A stretch of DNA of 64,000 nt, taken from NCBI GenBank assembly GCA_053919585.1, contig CM132785.1. The stretch is one strand, 5' to 3'. Each line of letters begins with the position of its first letter. The stretch's first letter is position 1. This stretch comes from Euprymna scolopes. Taxonomy: Eukaryota. Shown here in pieces: positions 12,158 to 25,945 of the stretch. The notes under the pieces are model-generated. The model searched no databases. It saw only the letters and a program-made list of their open reading frames with translations, and was not told the DNA's origin. The position numbers and the translations under genes were made by a program.

Positions 12158-15100
12158 AGGAAATCGATAATGTACAAGTTATATGTATATATTCCATGGT
12201 TATACACGGTAAATAAGTAATTAAGCATCTAACACAGATACCTCACCCTCTACGCTTGACTGGGGTTGAATTAAAACGAACAATACACCTAAAATCGAAT
12301 AAAAGCCCCCTAGAAAGATTGTAGTTTATTAAACTCACCCTCCTTTTTATGCTTTACAATAACACCCATAACTTATGATCCCACATGATAAACGACTCGA
12401 GGACATACTCATTTTGTTAGGTGATAACAAACATATCACCACCCTAAAATCTAACCAGTGTTCGATTTTCAAACTATCAAAATCTTTTATGACAAATACG
12501 GTAGAAAAGAAACGTTTCCTGCAGCAGCGAGTTCTGCAATAGTTTAAGTTAATGAGATATGTGTTGTTTGTTACTGGCTGGCATTGATAAGACAATGTAA
12601 CACTTAAGATACCTTATTAAACACGAGAAGTACATCGTCGAATACGTGATACCAGAAAAGAGTAGTGACGGAAACTACTGAAAAAAATCCAGGAAATAAT
12701 GATCAAATCATGATGAACTTTAGTGCAAGTTAAGGAGAATGTGATTTTGACAACGTTTCCAGAAATCGTATAACCATGCGTGATCATTTGATGAACTCGA
12801 TGCAAATCTTAATGCATTTAAGAAGATGCAAGTTTAGAATTTTCTGCATTTTCTCTTTTTATCTATTGCTGCTGTTTTGATTCCTCAATGTCTAACTTAT
12901 AAATATTTTTTAAAAATTTGTTCTCATTGAATACCTTATGATTAGTGATACTATATTTTTTATCCCTCTGATAAGTTTCAATATAGAAAGGGGTCATGAA
13001 TTGAAGCAGAGCAAAGAGTATTACCATTTTCTCTTTACAGATGGAATGGTTAAGGAATATTTTCAAATTTACGTGCCCATACGAATATAGATATGAATTA
13101 ATCATGTATTTAACCAGGGCTTATTTAAAGGAGCTAATGCATAGGATCGTTGTTAAATTATTACTTTCTTAATATATATGACAAATTTGCTGTCGACCTC
13201 TATTACATTATAGACTATATTTATAACCGTAATCCTTTAGGTAGGTTAATTCATTTTTTTTTATTCTAAGTCTGTTCCCTTATTTGCCGAATTGCTTAGA
13301 TGTATCAGTGAACTTATTGGGTATTCCCTCCATTTTAATAATTATGGATTTGTTAGAACAAGTTTTATGCAACCTGGAGTCTATTCCAGGGGAATTGGTG
13401 CTTACTTAGTTTCCTCTACTTGTATTATACAAACTAGCCTTTATACTGAAATCTTGTACTGTCCCTTGTATTTAACAATCAGTTATGATAGAATACCAAT
13501 GACAATAAATTCCGTCTAGGTTTAACATCTTTAAGTATCGTTGTTTTGATATATCAGTTCATGTTAGGCAATGTGGTCTCATTTTTTACTTATTTCCTTT
13601 CATTCGAGCCCTCGCATAGTCCAAAAGTGTTGATGGATTCAGACAGTTCTACTACATTTAATTGGTTTATATTCAGATGTATCGGATACAATGTCATCCT
13701 GAATTGGCTCTACAGAGGTAATCTGAAATCTATATCTCGAGAAATTACTAGAATTCACAAACCTCACGAAAATACTCTAACTTTACTACTAGTTCAGTGA
13801 AAACCATAACTTAGGTCCATGAGAAATCTAAGAAGAAAATCGGCAGAAATGTTCTTTGTTTCTGATTTTATGAGACTCCGAACGCAAATTATAATTTTTT
13901 TCGGCATTTTTATTTACATTTCAGACCATTAAGTACCTGGATTGTGATGTTAGACTGAATAATATATAACTTGTGAATGAACACGTACTTTTCTTTTCAA
14001 AGCACTGTGTAATGTCATAGGGTTTTTATGACATCCGGTTGTTTAGAGCCAATTTTGGGGGCAAAATATACGAAATATTCTGTTTTCGGCCGCTTACAGA
14101 TCCAAAATGAAAATTTTCGATTTTTTTCTTCTGATTCTCATTAGTTTAACCAAAGTGCATAAACAAGTATGACCGAGAAAAATCTGTGAAAAATCAGGTT
14201 CTACACCCCCTTCTCTCTTACACTCTCTCTTTCCTTCTCCCTCTCTCTCTATATATATATGTGCGTTTGTGTGCTATAAGTAACATAGTATACGCGTGTA
14301 TTATGTTTTTTTTAGCATTTGTTTAAGTATTGTTAGAACAATAAAACTAACAAACGAAGGGTAAACAAAATTAAAGATGCACAACATTAGTAATCGATGT
14401 TCCTTTGTTTAGTTTTCTAAGTAATATAACTTATCGCCGTTGCTTACGAACATGAAGAAAAATAGTTAAATACAAAAACCTTTTCCTTAACAAAATCTCC
14501 ACCTTTTAGTTTACGATGATGCAACTTGTATTTCATGTTTATGTTCCTACATTAAATACTAGATTTCCCGCTTATTTTATTTGACTTCGTTGGGAAGCAA
14601 GCAACCAAAACGGTTTTATTCCTGCATTGAACCATTATGTCAGTTTATTTTAACTAGTGATTGTAAAAATGCCATTTCTTGCTTTGTATAACAAGTTGCA
14701 ATATAAATGACAGCTTAACTATCAACCGTGATTGACGACTGCCAATGAAAAAATAAAAGAAATTCTTGTCTGAAACTTGAACGTTTTGAATTTATCAGAT
14801 GCAAATAACTGCTGTTCCAACTTTGTTTTTCTCATAATTTTTAATATGCTTCCTTGTATTCATTCCTTGCTGGTGGATTTATTTATTGCCACTTCCTCGT
14901 TCACGTTGTAGTTAACTGCGCCCGAAGAAAATGCTAAAAATCACAATTTTAGTGATTTTCCTTTATACAAGTTTCAAGAATTATTTATGTCAAGTTTAAC
15001 GACGAAATATAGATGACTTTAATTGTGTATGTTTTGTAGTAGAAATTATCCCTCGCGCAAAACACCCTGCATTTGCTTAACCTGAGAAATGCCAGCAGAA

Positions 15101-15839
15101 AATTAGAAAAGAAAATGCAAGCATAATTTTGTAGGTCATTAGTGAACGTATTGCATTAATTTGCATATATACACAATTGGTAACTGTTAATGTGGACGAA
15201 TTATAGAGCAGGGGAGTTGAATTGAGTATTTTGCTAGACAGCTTAAAACGAGAACGTACGGCTGTAGATTATACAAATATACGAGGAGTTATTGCAAGTT
15301 GAGGAACGAAAGGAAAAAGGACTTTCGTGTGTTGTATGAACAAGATGACAGTTCGGATCTGCAGTCATTTTATTTTTGTTGCCTTTATATTTTATAAGCT
15401 ATCTCGGCGTTTTTATTTTATTATATTTTTATTTTTAGTGTCTTTGATAAGCGGTAACAATAACAAAAAATTGACAGATTCGACATTTGTTGAATATCAG
15501 AATTGGATGGGTCTACTGCTGGTCCATCTGTTATCGAATAAGTTGAGAAGTCTAAGCGTATTTGCAAACAGTTCACTACCCCGCAACTATATCTGTTGCA
15601 TAGGGGTCCATATTGGGTCCATATTGGGGGCATATATAAGGGGTGCATGTAATTCAGGGATACATATAACGGATGGTTATGACGATTCTGATGGGAAGAC
15701 ATAACTTTTACAGTTTTTTAACACATAGAAAGAGAAGGAGATACTTCACTTATGATGACGTTGGGGAGCCCACATAATTCTTCGACGGGTTTCCACGGAG
15801 TTCGTTATAAGATGATACACCACATTTACCTTTTTTCGT

Positions 15840-16220
15840 TGTCATGAATGACGACACGAGACAAACAGTTACAAATTATAAATGGTGATTGCTTTATTCA
15901 TCTGATCGGCCGGTCGATCAAGTGAGGAATTCAGCTTGTATCTACATGGTCTAATCTTCAACCCTTCGCCTCTAAGGGATTCTCCTCTGTAACTGACTCT
16001 TTCTCATCAAGTGTCGGCTCTCAACTCTCTGGCAACTGATCTTCTAAAAGAATGGACTAGTTCTAATAAAATTAACAAGAGACTGAATTTTTAAGATTCC
16101 ATTTTTCCATTATCTTAAACACTTGCCTACAGGATTTGATTCTAACCTTATCCTAATATCATATTCACTTATCTAGTATGTCTTCTTATTTACATGATTT
16201 GGGCAACCCTCCATGTAACA
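15840..16220 (-). mobile_element. Probable solo LTR (related fragment at ~308-460)
   Basis: Minus strand reads TGTTACATG...AATAAA...CATGACA. Its 5' part resembles 308-400 (catgtaaat.agaaga...tagata...attaggataag). No clean TSD. Confidence 0.45.
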
Positions 16221-16227
16221 CATTCTA

Positions 16228-16972
16228 ATGAACAGTTTATGATTACTTAGCTGATTTACGGAAGATATCAGCAGCGTTTTGTAGTGTCAACGACAAAATG
16301 TTAAGTTATGCCTTTTTGGTGGGCTTACCAGAGAGTGTCAGTAGAATTTTGCCTACGTGGTCACGTATTGCCAGAGTAATAGCGGACAATTTATTGGTCC
16401 GAACGCGAAAAATCTTTAAGGAACCAAAACAAATTAGAGCATCAGGATGAATAAGGCTTGCCATAGGGAAAGTAGTATGCATATCTATTTCTATTGTGGG
16501 AAAGATTTGTCGGCTATGTTTTAGGACAAAGGATGGGTATGGACGTCGAGGTGGAAATGAACCAAGGAATGACAGACCGATAATGCAATGCCATTCCAAG
16601 GGATACAGTTTCTCCAAGAACCAGGCTACATATGAAGAAGAGCTTCAGCTGTGGATTGATAACGGTTGATTAATACCATACCAACAAGAACGTCTAGGAC
16701 CACCCAAAATATTGATTCCGCTCATGGCTATTGAATAACCGACAAACGTAAGCTTCAAACGGTGATAGATTATCGAGAATTAAATCAGCACGTTGATGAG
16801 GTTACCGGGAATGCAGATGCGTGTACTGCTTAATTACAAGAGTAACGTCAGAAGTAGTGTAGCACTGCTGGACTTTAAGTAAGCCTAACTTTAGATACGA
16901 GTCTATGAGTCAGTGTGGCCATTTCAGGCAGTGATATTCAAGAGTAACGACACTATTTGACACGCTTACATG
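16228..16972 (+). pseudogene. Old Ty3/Gypsy element, part 1: gag and N-terminal RT
   Basis: Translates TVYDYLADLRKISAAF..VNDKMLSYAFLVGLPESV (gag) and YEEELQLWIDNG*LIPY..ERLGPPKILIPLMA..VIDYRELNQHVD..VALLDF..VWPFQ..YLTRL (RT). Many stops. Confidence 0.8.
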
Positions 16973-18029
16973 GTTTTTGTTTGTTTGTTTTTTACATTGG
17001 CATCAACCCTTATCAAGGCCTTGAGGCCACTCGATGATAAGAGTTAAAGAGTGTACAGTAGAAATTGTACAATATAGTAATCGTTAGTAATGGACATTTT
17101 GGGAATTTGTTAACTGATATAGAACGGCTTATCAAAAACCTGTTTGTGTTAGACTTGAAGACCACCATATTGTAATCAGCTGGAAATCAGGAAAACCGAA
17201 AACAATTCCATAGGCTTGTAGTTCTTATAAAGAAGCTTTGCTCATGGAATCTGCGTGTAGGTTTTAGTGGGGGAAATTATTGATTTCTGCTAGACGGGTG
17301 TTTCTTGCGAAAGTTTGGCGAAGGGGGACCATAGATTGCAGCTCAGCCGAGCACTTGCCATGAAAATAACGATAAAGCAGATACAAACTCGCAAAATCTC
17401 TTCTGTAAGAAAGAGGTTGCAGGGAAGAGAAAATGACATCCCCTACGAGGATACGACGCCTATTTTGAACTCTATCAAGCAGGATAATTCCTTTCTAGCA
17501 GCTCCTGCACAGATGTAGCAGCAGTACTCCATCCTTGGACGTACCTGGCTCTTCTATAGATAGGGAATTTAATCAGCAGTGAGATATCTACTAGATCGAT
17601 AGAAGTATCCCACCATTTTTCCAGCGGTCTTGGCAAAGGATTTAATGTATGTGTTCCACTTAAGATCAGGAGTAAAAGTTAAACCCAGAAGTTTGTCAAA
17701 ACATGAGGCTTCCCCAAGACAAGAGCCATTCATTTCAATTGATACCAGATGCGGATCAGAGCGTTGATGATGTAAAGATAAAAGGTTGGTTTTAGATGCA
17801 TTAAAAGTAAGCAACCACTCCTTTCCCCATGTACACCAGATGCTCAGAGGAGAGAGAATCAGAGAGAGTTGGGCCCAGGGTGGACCCCTGAGAGACTCCA
17901 GCTTTAATACTGAGAGTTTCTGATTTCTGCCCATCACCCACTACTCTTATGAACTTATCAGAGAAAAATTATTTAATAATTGAGAAGACATTTCCAGCTA
18001 TATCGTAGCTGGATATCTTGTAAATAAAC

Positions 18030-18235
18030 TTATATAATGGACTGATCCAACACCCCTCAAATGAATGGACTGTTACGTCTATAAAAAGACAAGCAAACTC
18101 TCCTCACGTGGGAGACAGAATTTAGTACTAAGCTGTCAATGGACGCTTAGAAATGTGTGTACCTTTTTACCTAAATAAACCCTTTCTGTACAACCCCAGT
18201 AATGACTTGTTATTCATATAATCTACGATATAACA
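18030..18235 (+). repeat. 5' LTR
   Basis: Direct repeat of 22687-22876 with a 16-bp indel. Ends TAACA; start is mutated TG>TT. Confidence 0.92.
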
Positions 18236-18237
18236 AC

Positions 18238-18250
18238 TGGCGACGAAGAA
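18238..18250 (+). promoter_or_regulatory. Primer-binding site
   Basis: TGGCGACGAAGAA 2 nt after the 5' LTR. Confidence 0.8.
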
Positions 18251-18615
18251 TTCGAACGAAACTCACTAAAAAACAAAGCGAAGGAAAAAGCACACAAGAA
18301 GATTAACGAGCAGAAAACAAAAGAAATCCAAAGAAGGAAGAAAAAATAAAAAACTTCGACAGAGCCAACATATAAAAAGTAAGTGTTTCAGTCTGTTACA
18401 GTCCTAAAAAAAGAGAGAAATTGACATTTTGAAGCGAATATTTTTTTTGAAAAGAACATTTAAAAAAAAGAAGTGTCCATTTATAGTTTTATTCGGCTGG
18501 AAGTGTTTTTTTTTTCTTTTCGGAAGGAAATTGTGCTTTCAATTCATTGAATTTATAGGACATTTGAGTGAATCTTTTGTTTAATGGTGTGGTTTTGTAA
18601 AAAAAAAAATTTAAC

Positions 18616-19583
18616 ATGGAGCAATTAGCGGAATTCACTAGAACCATGCAATCGGCATTGTTTGCACAACAAATGCAAATGGAATTACTTCAGCAACAAC
18701 AATTGAAGCAAAGCAAAATACTAAAGAGTATTTTAACGCAGCAGAAAGACTGTCGTTTCACTCCTGAAGGAATAGCAAATTCTTTATCCGAATTTGTATA
18801 CGAGCCGACAAATGGGTTAACTTTTCCGGCATATTTTCGGAGATACGAACATATTTTTGCTAAGAGATGTCAGTCTTGGACAGACGAAGAGAAGAGTATC
18901 CTTCTTCTTTAAAACTTGGATCTCAGGAAAATACAAAGTATACGAATTTTATCCTGCCAAAGAAACCTGAAGAGATTTCTTTTAGTGAAACAATAAAAAT
19001 ATTGTCAAACATTTGCAGCGAACGAGATAGTCTATTCTATACACGTTATAAATGTTTAAATATCACGAAGCAGGAGGACGAAGATTTTATTACTTATGCA
19101 GGGAAAGTGAATGCTCATTGGGAATCCTTTGAATTAAAAGACCTCAAAGAGAATATGTTTAAAAGTCTAATCTTTGTGCAAGGTTTAACAGCCTCTAAAG
19201 ATAAGGATATTCGTTCAAGGATATTATCCATTATGAACCAAGACACAAAAATAACGTTACAAAAAGTTACGGAAAAGTGTCAGAAACGGTTAAATTTAAA
19301 GCAGGACAATACAAGCATCGAAGGAAAAAAATTTTGAAGAAAAAATATGGGAAAAAAATGGAAAGGGTTATGAAATGTGCACACGAAAATCCTGTAAGAC
19401 ATGTGGGGGAAAGAACACTTCACTAAAGATTGTTACTTTAAATACAAAATATGTAACAAATGTAATAAAATAGGCCATAAATCAACGGTATGCAGGAAAG
19501 GAAAATACCGAAAAGCAGAAATAAAGACCATTGGTTCTAAAAATGAGTCTTGGTGTGATAAAAGAAAATATATTGAAATTTAA
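18616..19583 (+). pseudogene. gag: Gypsy gag (frameshifted)
   Basis: ORFs 18616-18912, 18867-19337 and 19401-19583 contain EFVYEP..GLTFPAYF.RYE, NFILPKKP, IFVQGL and the zinc knuckle CNKCNKIGHKSTVC. Confidence 0.85.
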
Positions 19584-22500
19584 ATTAATGGCTGTAATGT
19601 GAACTGTCTTCTAGATACGGGAAGCGACTTAAGTATAATTGACGAAGTAACTTGGAAGAAAATTGGGTTTCCAAAGTTACAAAATACAAAAAAAATTGCC
19701 AGAAATGTGTCTGGAAATAAACTAAAATTTAAGGGTGAATTTTTACCAATGTGTCTCTAAAGGAGAATGTTGTGAAAACCAAGTTATATGTCGTACCGGG
19801 GAAAAATTCTAATTTGTTCGGTATAGACTTAATGATTCTTTTTAATTTATGGGGGAAACCCATGAGCTCATTTTGCAATAAAGTAAGTCTGGGAGGTTTA
19901 GAAAATTCTAAACTACCAGGAAAGTTTATTGACGAATTAAAACAAGACTTTAAAGAGGTATTCTCTGAAGGTTTTGGGTTGCTGCACGAAAACGGAGGTG
20001 AAATTTGAACTAAAGGACGAGACTAAACCAGTTTTCAAACCCAAAAGAAAGGTTCCATATTCAGCATTGGAAACTATAGAAAAAGAATTAAAGAGACTTC
20101 AAGATATTGGAGTAATAGAAAAAGTGGACTAATCTGAATGGGCTTCACCCACGGTTTACGTTAAGAAGAAAAATAATAAAATCAGGGTATGCGCGGACTT
20201 TTCGACAGATCTAAATGATTGTCTCAAGAAGCATAATTACCCGCTTCCTACCCCAGAGGAATTTTTTTCGAAGTTAAGCGGAGGAAATTTTTTTACAAAA
20301 ATTGATTTGTCTGAAGCGTATTGGCAAGTAAAAGTCCAGGAAGAGTGTGCTAAGTATCTGACATTAAATACCCATTAGGGACTATTTTCACTAAAACTTT
20401 TGGTTTAAAAGTAGCCCCAAATTTGTTCCAGCAAATTATGGATACAATGCTAGCAGGTTTGGATTTTGCTATGGCTTATCTAGATGACATCCTTATAAGA
20501 AGTAAAAATGTGGAAGAGCATAAGATCCACATTGGCAAAGTATTCGAGAGAATATCAAACTATGGATTGAAAGTGGCTCTCGAAAAATGTAATTTTGAGA
20601 TGGACAAAATTGAATATTTGGGACAAGTGATTGATCGAAATGGTAGAAAACCTAATCCTAATAGGACTGAAGCAATCAAAAACATGCCTAGACCGGAAAA
20701 TATAGTGCAGCTACAGTCATTTTTGGGACTAGCAAATTATTATAATTCTTATATTCCAAATGTGCATGACCTAAGAGCACCTTTAAACGAATTATTGAAA
20801 AAGAATAAAAAATGGCTCTGGACAAATGAATGTGATGACACATTCCTAAAGTTTAAAAAATGTCTGTTATCGGATTTAGCACTAGCTCACTACGATCCGA
20901 AAAAAGAATTAATTGTAGCAGCAGATGCGAGCGAATACGGTTTAGGTGCTGTGCTACTACACAGACTCAAAGATGAATCGACTAAACCAATTATTCATGC
21001 CTCAGGGGTTTTGTTACCCGCAGAAAAAAATTATAGTCAGATAGAAAAAGAAGGTCTGGCAATTGTATACGCCATTAGGAAGTTTCTTAGGTTCATCCAT
21101 GGAAGATTTTTTTTATATTGGAAACGGACCACATACATTTGTTATCGATTTTTGGTTCCAAAAAAGGAGTTCCTACTCATATGGCTTATAGGTTACAAAG
21201 ATGGAGCATGATTCTGTTAAACTACAATTTTAAAATGAAACACCTAGCATCCAGCAACATTGCACACGCAGATGGTTTGTCCAGGTTGATCCCAAATAAA
21301 ACTGCATTACTTGAAGAAACTGTTATAGCTGCACTAAAAGAAGAAAATTAACTAACAAATATATTAATAAATACTGTTAGGGAACTTCCGGTAACACTTG
21401 AGGAAATAAAGAAAGCAGCAAGAATAGATGAATACATTAACAAGATAAAAAACCAAGTAGGACAAAAAGAAAAGAAGAGGAAAGGATTAACAATTTTTCC
21501 ATTTTCAAAGTGCGATGAAACTCTAATGTACGCAGATAGAGTGGTAATACCTCAAGTATTACAGAAGAGAATTTTAAAAGAATTCCACATGGGACATCCT
21601 GGAATCTCCAGAATGAAAGCACTAATGAGAGCATATACGTACTGGCCGTGAATGGATCAGGACATAGAAAAAATGATAAACTTATGTAAGGGTTGCCAAC
21701 TAGCAGCAAAAGCGCAACCCACTAAGACGCAGCCTTGGCCTTAAACAGATATACCATGGACACGGATTCATATAGATTACGCAGGACCTCTAAAAGGATA
21801 TTATTACCTGGTAATAGTGGATAGCATGTCGAAATGGCCAGAAATTTTTAAATTCAAATATCCTACAGCGGCAAACACAATAAAGGCGTTGGACGAGGTA
21901 TTTGGGCGTTTTGGCGTACCAAAAACAATTGTTAGTGTTAATGGCACAATGTTTAAAGGTCAAGAATTTAAGATCTACTGTGAGTCACTGGCCATAGAGC
22001 ATATCACAACGCCAACTTTTAGCCCTCGATCTAACGGACAAGTTGAAAGATTTGTCGATACTTTTAAACGAGCGCTAAAAAAGAACGATAACCTCGACAC
22101 TGAAGAAAAAAGTCTTCAGAAATTTTTAGCAGTGTACATGATAACGCCTAATCCGAATACAAATGCAAATTTATCCCCAGCGGAAATAATGTTTGCCAGA
22201 AAAGTGCGCTCTGTGTTCGACCGGTTAATTCCGAGTAAAAAAGTAAAAAAAGTGTAAAAGATAATGTACGATACAAGATATATAAGGACGGGGATAAAGT
22301 TTTTTTCAACAATTATCGGGCAGGGAAGAGTTTTTGGGAAGAAGGCATAATCTCAAAAAGAATTGGAAGAATGGTCTACATTATAAAAGGTCAGACAATT
22401 TCCCACAAAAAACATATAAACTAACTAATACCCCGATATATTGAAATAGTTAAAAACAATGAAGTACAGATGGAAGTACTGTATGACATTTTTCACATAG

Positions 22501-22661
22501 AGCCTCCAAAAAAGGAAGCCCCAGTAACTGAAAATACAAGTCCATCTCCAAAATCAAAAAATTCGCAAACGCAAATTTTAAGGAAAGTGAAAGAAAAAGA
22601 AAAAGAACTGAATTTTTTGGACAAAGTCAAAAACGAAAAAAATGGTGAAGCGACATTCTAG
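19584..22661 (+). pseudogene. pol: Gypsy pol: protease, RT, RNase H, integrase (multiple stops and frameshifts)
   Basis: LLDTGSD at ~19608, YLDD in ORF 20423-21211, DAS..GLGAVL, NYSQIEKEGLA, HIDYAGP at ~21768, SNGQVERF. Confidence 0.93.
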
Positions 22662-22676
22662 GGAAGAATTTAGCTT

Positions 22677-22686
22677 GGGAGGAAGG
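22677..22686 (+). promoter_or_regulatory. Polypurine tract
   Basis: GGGAGGAAGG immediately before the TG of the 3' LTR. Confidence 0.8.
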
Positions 22687-22876
22687 TGATATAATGAACT
22701 GATCCAACACCCCTCAAATGAATGGACTGTTACGTCTATAAAAAGACAAGCAAACTCTCCTCACGTGGGAGACAGAATTTAGTACTAAGCTGCCAATGTG
22801 TACCTTTTTACCTAAATAAACCCTGTCTGTACAACCCCAGTAATGACTTGTTATTCATATAATCTACGATAAAACT
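22687..22876 (+). repeat. 3' LTR
   Basis: Starts TGATATAATG; direct repeat of 18030-18235. Confidence 0.92.
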
Positions 22877-23101
22877 TTAACCTTTATGCCATACTCTATC
22901 AAAGGTCTTTTATATGTTAAGAGCAATGTTCCTAGATAGAAGTCCCCGTCGAGAGATTCGCTAATCATATGAGATATTACTGTAAGCACATCTGCTGTAG
23001 ATCTAGCAGAAGAAACCATATTGCGTCTCACTAAGAAGGTTATTTTTGCTGAGATGCTTGATTACTTCTCTAACACAGACTCCAGCAACTTACTCATGAC
23101 G

Positions 23102-23345
23102 TACATGTTGAACTAAACGTAGCACCCTTAATAATGACAGCTATAATTAAAACTGTTTTTATGCAAGATGAGACCACAGTTAACGCTACTTCAGCTTACA
23201 TTGTTGACATCTCCGTTAATAAAGGCATAATTTCTGCAGATGCGGTTCAAATAAAACATCAATCTTTTGATTTAATAAGCAAGGATCCTAAGCGCTTAAA
23301 GGATGAGAGATTGTGTTTGGCTTTGAGGTCCGGAAGGAAAGTAAA
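23102..23345 (+). pseudogene. Old Ty3/Gypsy element, part 2: RT core
   Basis: LNVAPLIMTAIIKTVF.QD...ATSAYIVDISVN (YIDD mutated)...SKDPKRL. Continues part 1 in frame once the LINE and one TSD copy are removed. Confidence 0.8.
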
Positions 23346-24032
23346 CGAGGGAGCCCGATTCCAGATGTACCTATCACGGACCGTTAGAGCTCCCCAAAAG
23401 AGGGAGCGACAACTTAAAATTCACTAGAGAAAATGAGCAAACGTGACTTTGTATTATATACGGTGCGGCCGGGCGAAAACGAAATCCGTGCTGAGAGAAA
23501 AAAAATGAAATTATAAATATCTTTGTTTAATCCATCAACAACAATGTCATTTATTTCGGTGCAAATAATGATAATTTATGTAATAAACAATGAATGTTTA
23601 CACCTCGAGGATAACTCATCTGCCCTGCGATCATAGGTGTGACCCCGGATGTCTGATTAACCGCTCGCAAAATTATAGGTGCAATTCGTGTCGGAATTCT
23701 AAGAGAACAAATCTAAACATGCCGGAAGTTGATTGGTTGGGGGTACCACCCAACTTTACCCCGACCCGACATATATAATCATTTGCAGAACCATAAATGG
23801 CAGTTGGGAGTTGAGAGTTTGGAGTTTAGAGTTAAAGTTGAGAGTGATCGAGTTTGAGAACCGAATTATCCCTTTTCTCTTACTATGACGGCACGTAAAA
23901 CTAACACTGCACTGCTTAAAATAGAAAGTGAGAAAGCATAAATATCAATTATCTACTTATACGGACTCATTAAGTGTGAACTGTAATTAATAATTGTACA
24001 TACACTCACACATATACACTTCACATCCCCCG

Positions 24033-24035
24033 CAC

Positions 24036-24117
<82 letters not shown>
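24033..24117. repeat. (CA)n(TA)n compound microsatellite
   Basis: Direct reading. Confidence 0.95.
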
Positions 24118-24119
<2 letters not shown>

Positions 24120-24324
24120 AAAATTATCAGTAGACTAGAAAGAAGCTGAGTTTTTATTTTTTCCTATTAATTAAGTTGCCTTCCTGACGCGAGGAGAAAT
24201 GGGAGTTACTGTTTCTTTTTTCTTAGCGTGCAACCGACCAGCGAGGCGACATCATATCAGCCCTGCCGCTAATGGAACTGACAAACACCGGCCGCGAATT
24301 GAAGACTGGGCAGTGCAACCAACG

Positions 24325-25945
24325 GGTCCTACTGCATTGAAAAGGTAACGTCTGGCCATTGTCAATCAAAATAGTGACTCGAACGAGCTCAGAACGTCAC
24401 AAATTAGTAAGGCATTTACCTGCCTGTGGATTGCTTTGAGTGATACAAAAGTACAAAAGAGATTAGCAACTGCGCCCACAAAAAGATGGGATATCATAGT
24501 CAATGACGATTCTCTCCCGCAAATTATAGTTGAAATGTTAGTTTACTGAAACATAAAAGTATCTAAAAACGAATCTGCCCGAGGTGAGTGGCGTGTACTC
24601 GGACATGAAGTGAATGCATAGGTTCACGCGAGATCTTTTGCTACAGCAATAATCTTAGAACGATTGCGTAATGTTGTAGAAGATTCGTGCTAGCGTAGTC
24701 AGAAAAATAATGCACAACATATAAGTTTGGCGGAAATTTATGCACCGCTGAAAGCGCTTAATCTTGCATTGCAGTGGCAGACCCAGGTCGTACATCTCCA
24801 CACTGACTCATTGTGTGTTTACCACTGGTTAACTGACAACTTAACTGGAAATGCACAGAGTAAGACTAAATCCGCAAGTGAAATGTAGATACGAAGGAGA
24901 CTAGCTATAATAAAGTGTATAGTTGACGAATACAGTTTACATGTTGACATTGCCTTAGTGCCATCGGAGCAGAATTGTACTGATAAGCTGACTCAACTTT
25001 CAAAGGGAATGATAGATATAATGAAGCAGGGATATACTTCTCCGCAACTGACATGCACAACGTTAACAGATAAATTAACACCTGATCAGATCCATGACAT
25101 ACATCAGAAGAGGGAACATGATGGAATCTGTCGAACAACATATTTCCGAAGAGTATGCCCTGCAACTACGAAAGTATCGGTCAAGGCAGCAATACACTCG
25201 GCGAATGGTTTAAACGTATTGATCCAGCACCATTCCGATGGCAAAAAAGGGAAGCATGTCGGATGTTCTTGAACGGGGTCACCTGTTCAAAATCTTGAGA
25301 GATAATGCCTCTATATTTCGATATGAAGAATTTCAGAAATTCACAATCGAATGGGGAGTTAGAATGCGTTACCAATGCCCATATTCTGCTGAAGGAAACG
25401 GAATCGCGGAGCGGTGTACCATTCCGTCAAAGGAATTGCAGCCAGGACGTAGTGTTCGATAACAGAAGCTGTGTCCTGGTGACACACAACTATGATGCAA
25501 CATCATCAACTGAACCAGCCAATGGGATTTACCCCTACGAACAGAGTATAAAAGGCATAGATGTTACACCATCATTAGTCGAGACACCGTATAAAGTGCG
25601 TAAATCATTAAATTCTCAGTGCACTACACGGTGTGAAAGCGGACGAAATGAAAATATAATACGTTCTCAGAATATGTTGGTTGATGGTGTCCCACGTCAT
25701 TTGAAAAAATGTCCGCCCCTATTGTGCCTCCTCTACATCGGAGGACGATGATGAAGGAAAAATACAATCGAGTATGATCCTGATCCTTTGCTGCCCCTTT
25801 CTGATTATCTAAGAAATGATGTCTACGGAACTAGAAGGGGGCATTCTGGTACGTGCTAGTGGCGATGAAAAAGATGGGAACGAGGAAATGATACGTAGAA
25901 GTACACATCGAAGGCGATCAGCATCTCCCTGCTATTTATGTGAGA
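24325..25945 (+). pseudogene. Old Ty3/Gypsy element, part 3: RNase H and integrase
   Basis: KLVRHLPACG, ARGEWRV, NAQHISLAE, LNLALQWQ..VHLHTDS.CVYHW, SASEM*IRRRL, DNASIFR.EEF..F..EWGV, GNGIAER, RRST.RRR. Confidence 0.8.

Larger units (their letters stand above)
18030..22876 (+). mobile_element. Full-length but decayed Ty3/Gypsy LTR retrotransposon (K02A2.6-like pol)
   Basis: Two near-identical LTRs, PBS, gag-PR-RT-RH-INT order, PPT, and TSD TAAAC/TTAAC. Confidence 0.95.
16973..23101 (-). mobile_element. 5'-truncated CR1-type LINE (pieces 16973-18029 and 22877-23101), interrupted by a Gypsy insertion
   Basis: Colinear with the LINE at 42355-44235. A-rich tail at 16973-16993. TACATG is duplicated at 16967-16972 and 23102-23107 (TSD). 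An internal deletion removes the YADD region. Confidence 0.9.

Noticed and set aside
15327-15704. 125-aa ORF with hydrophobic N-terminus
   Set aside because: Hydrophobicity comes from T-rich low-complexity DNA; no motifs.
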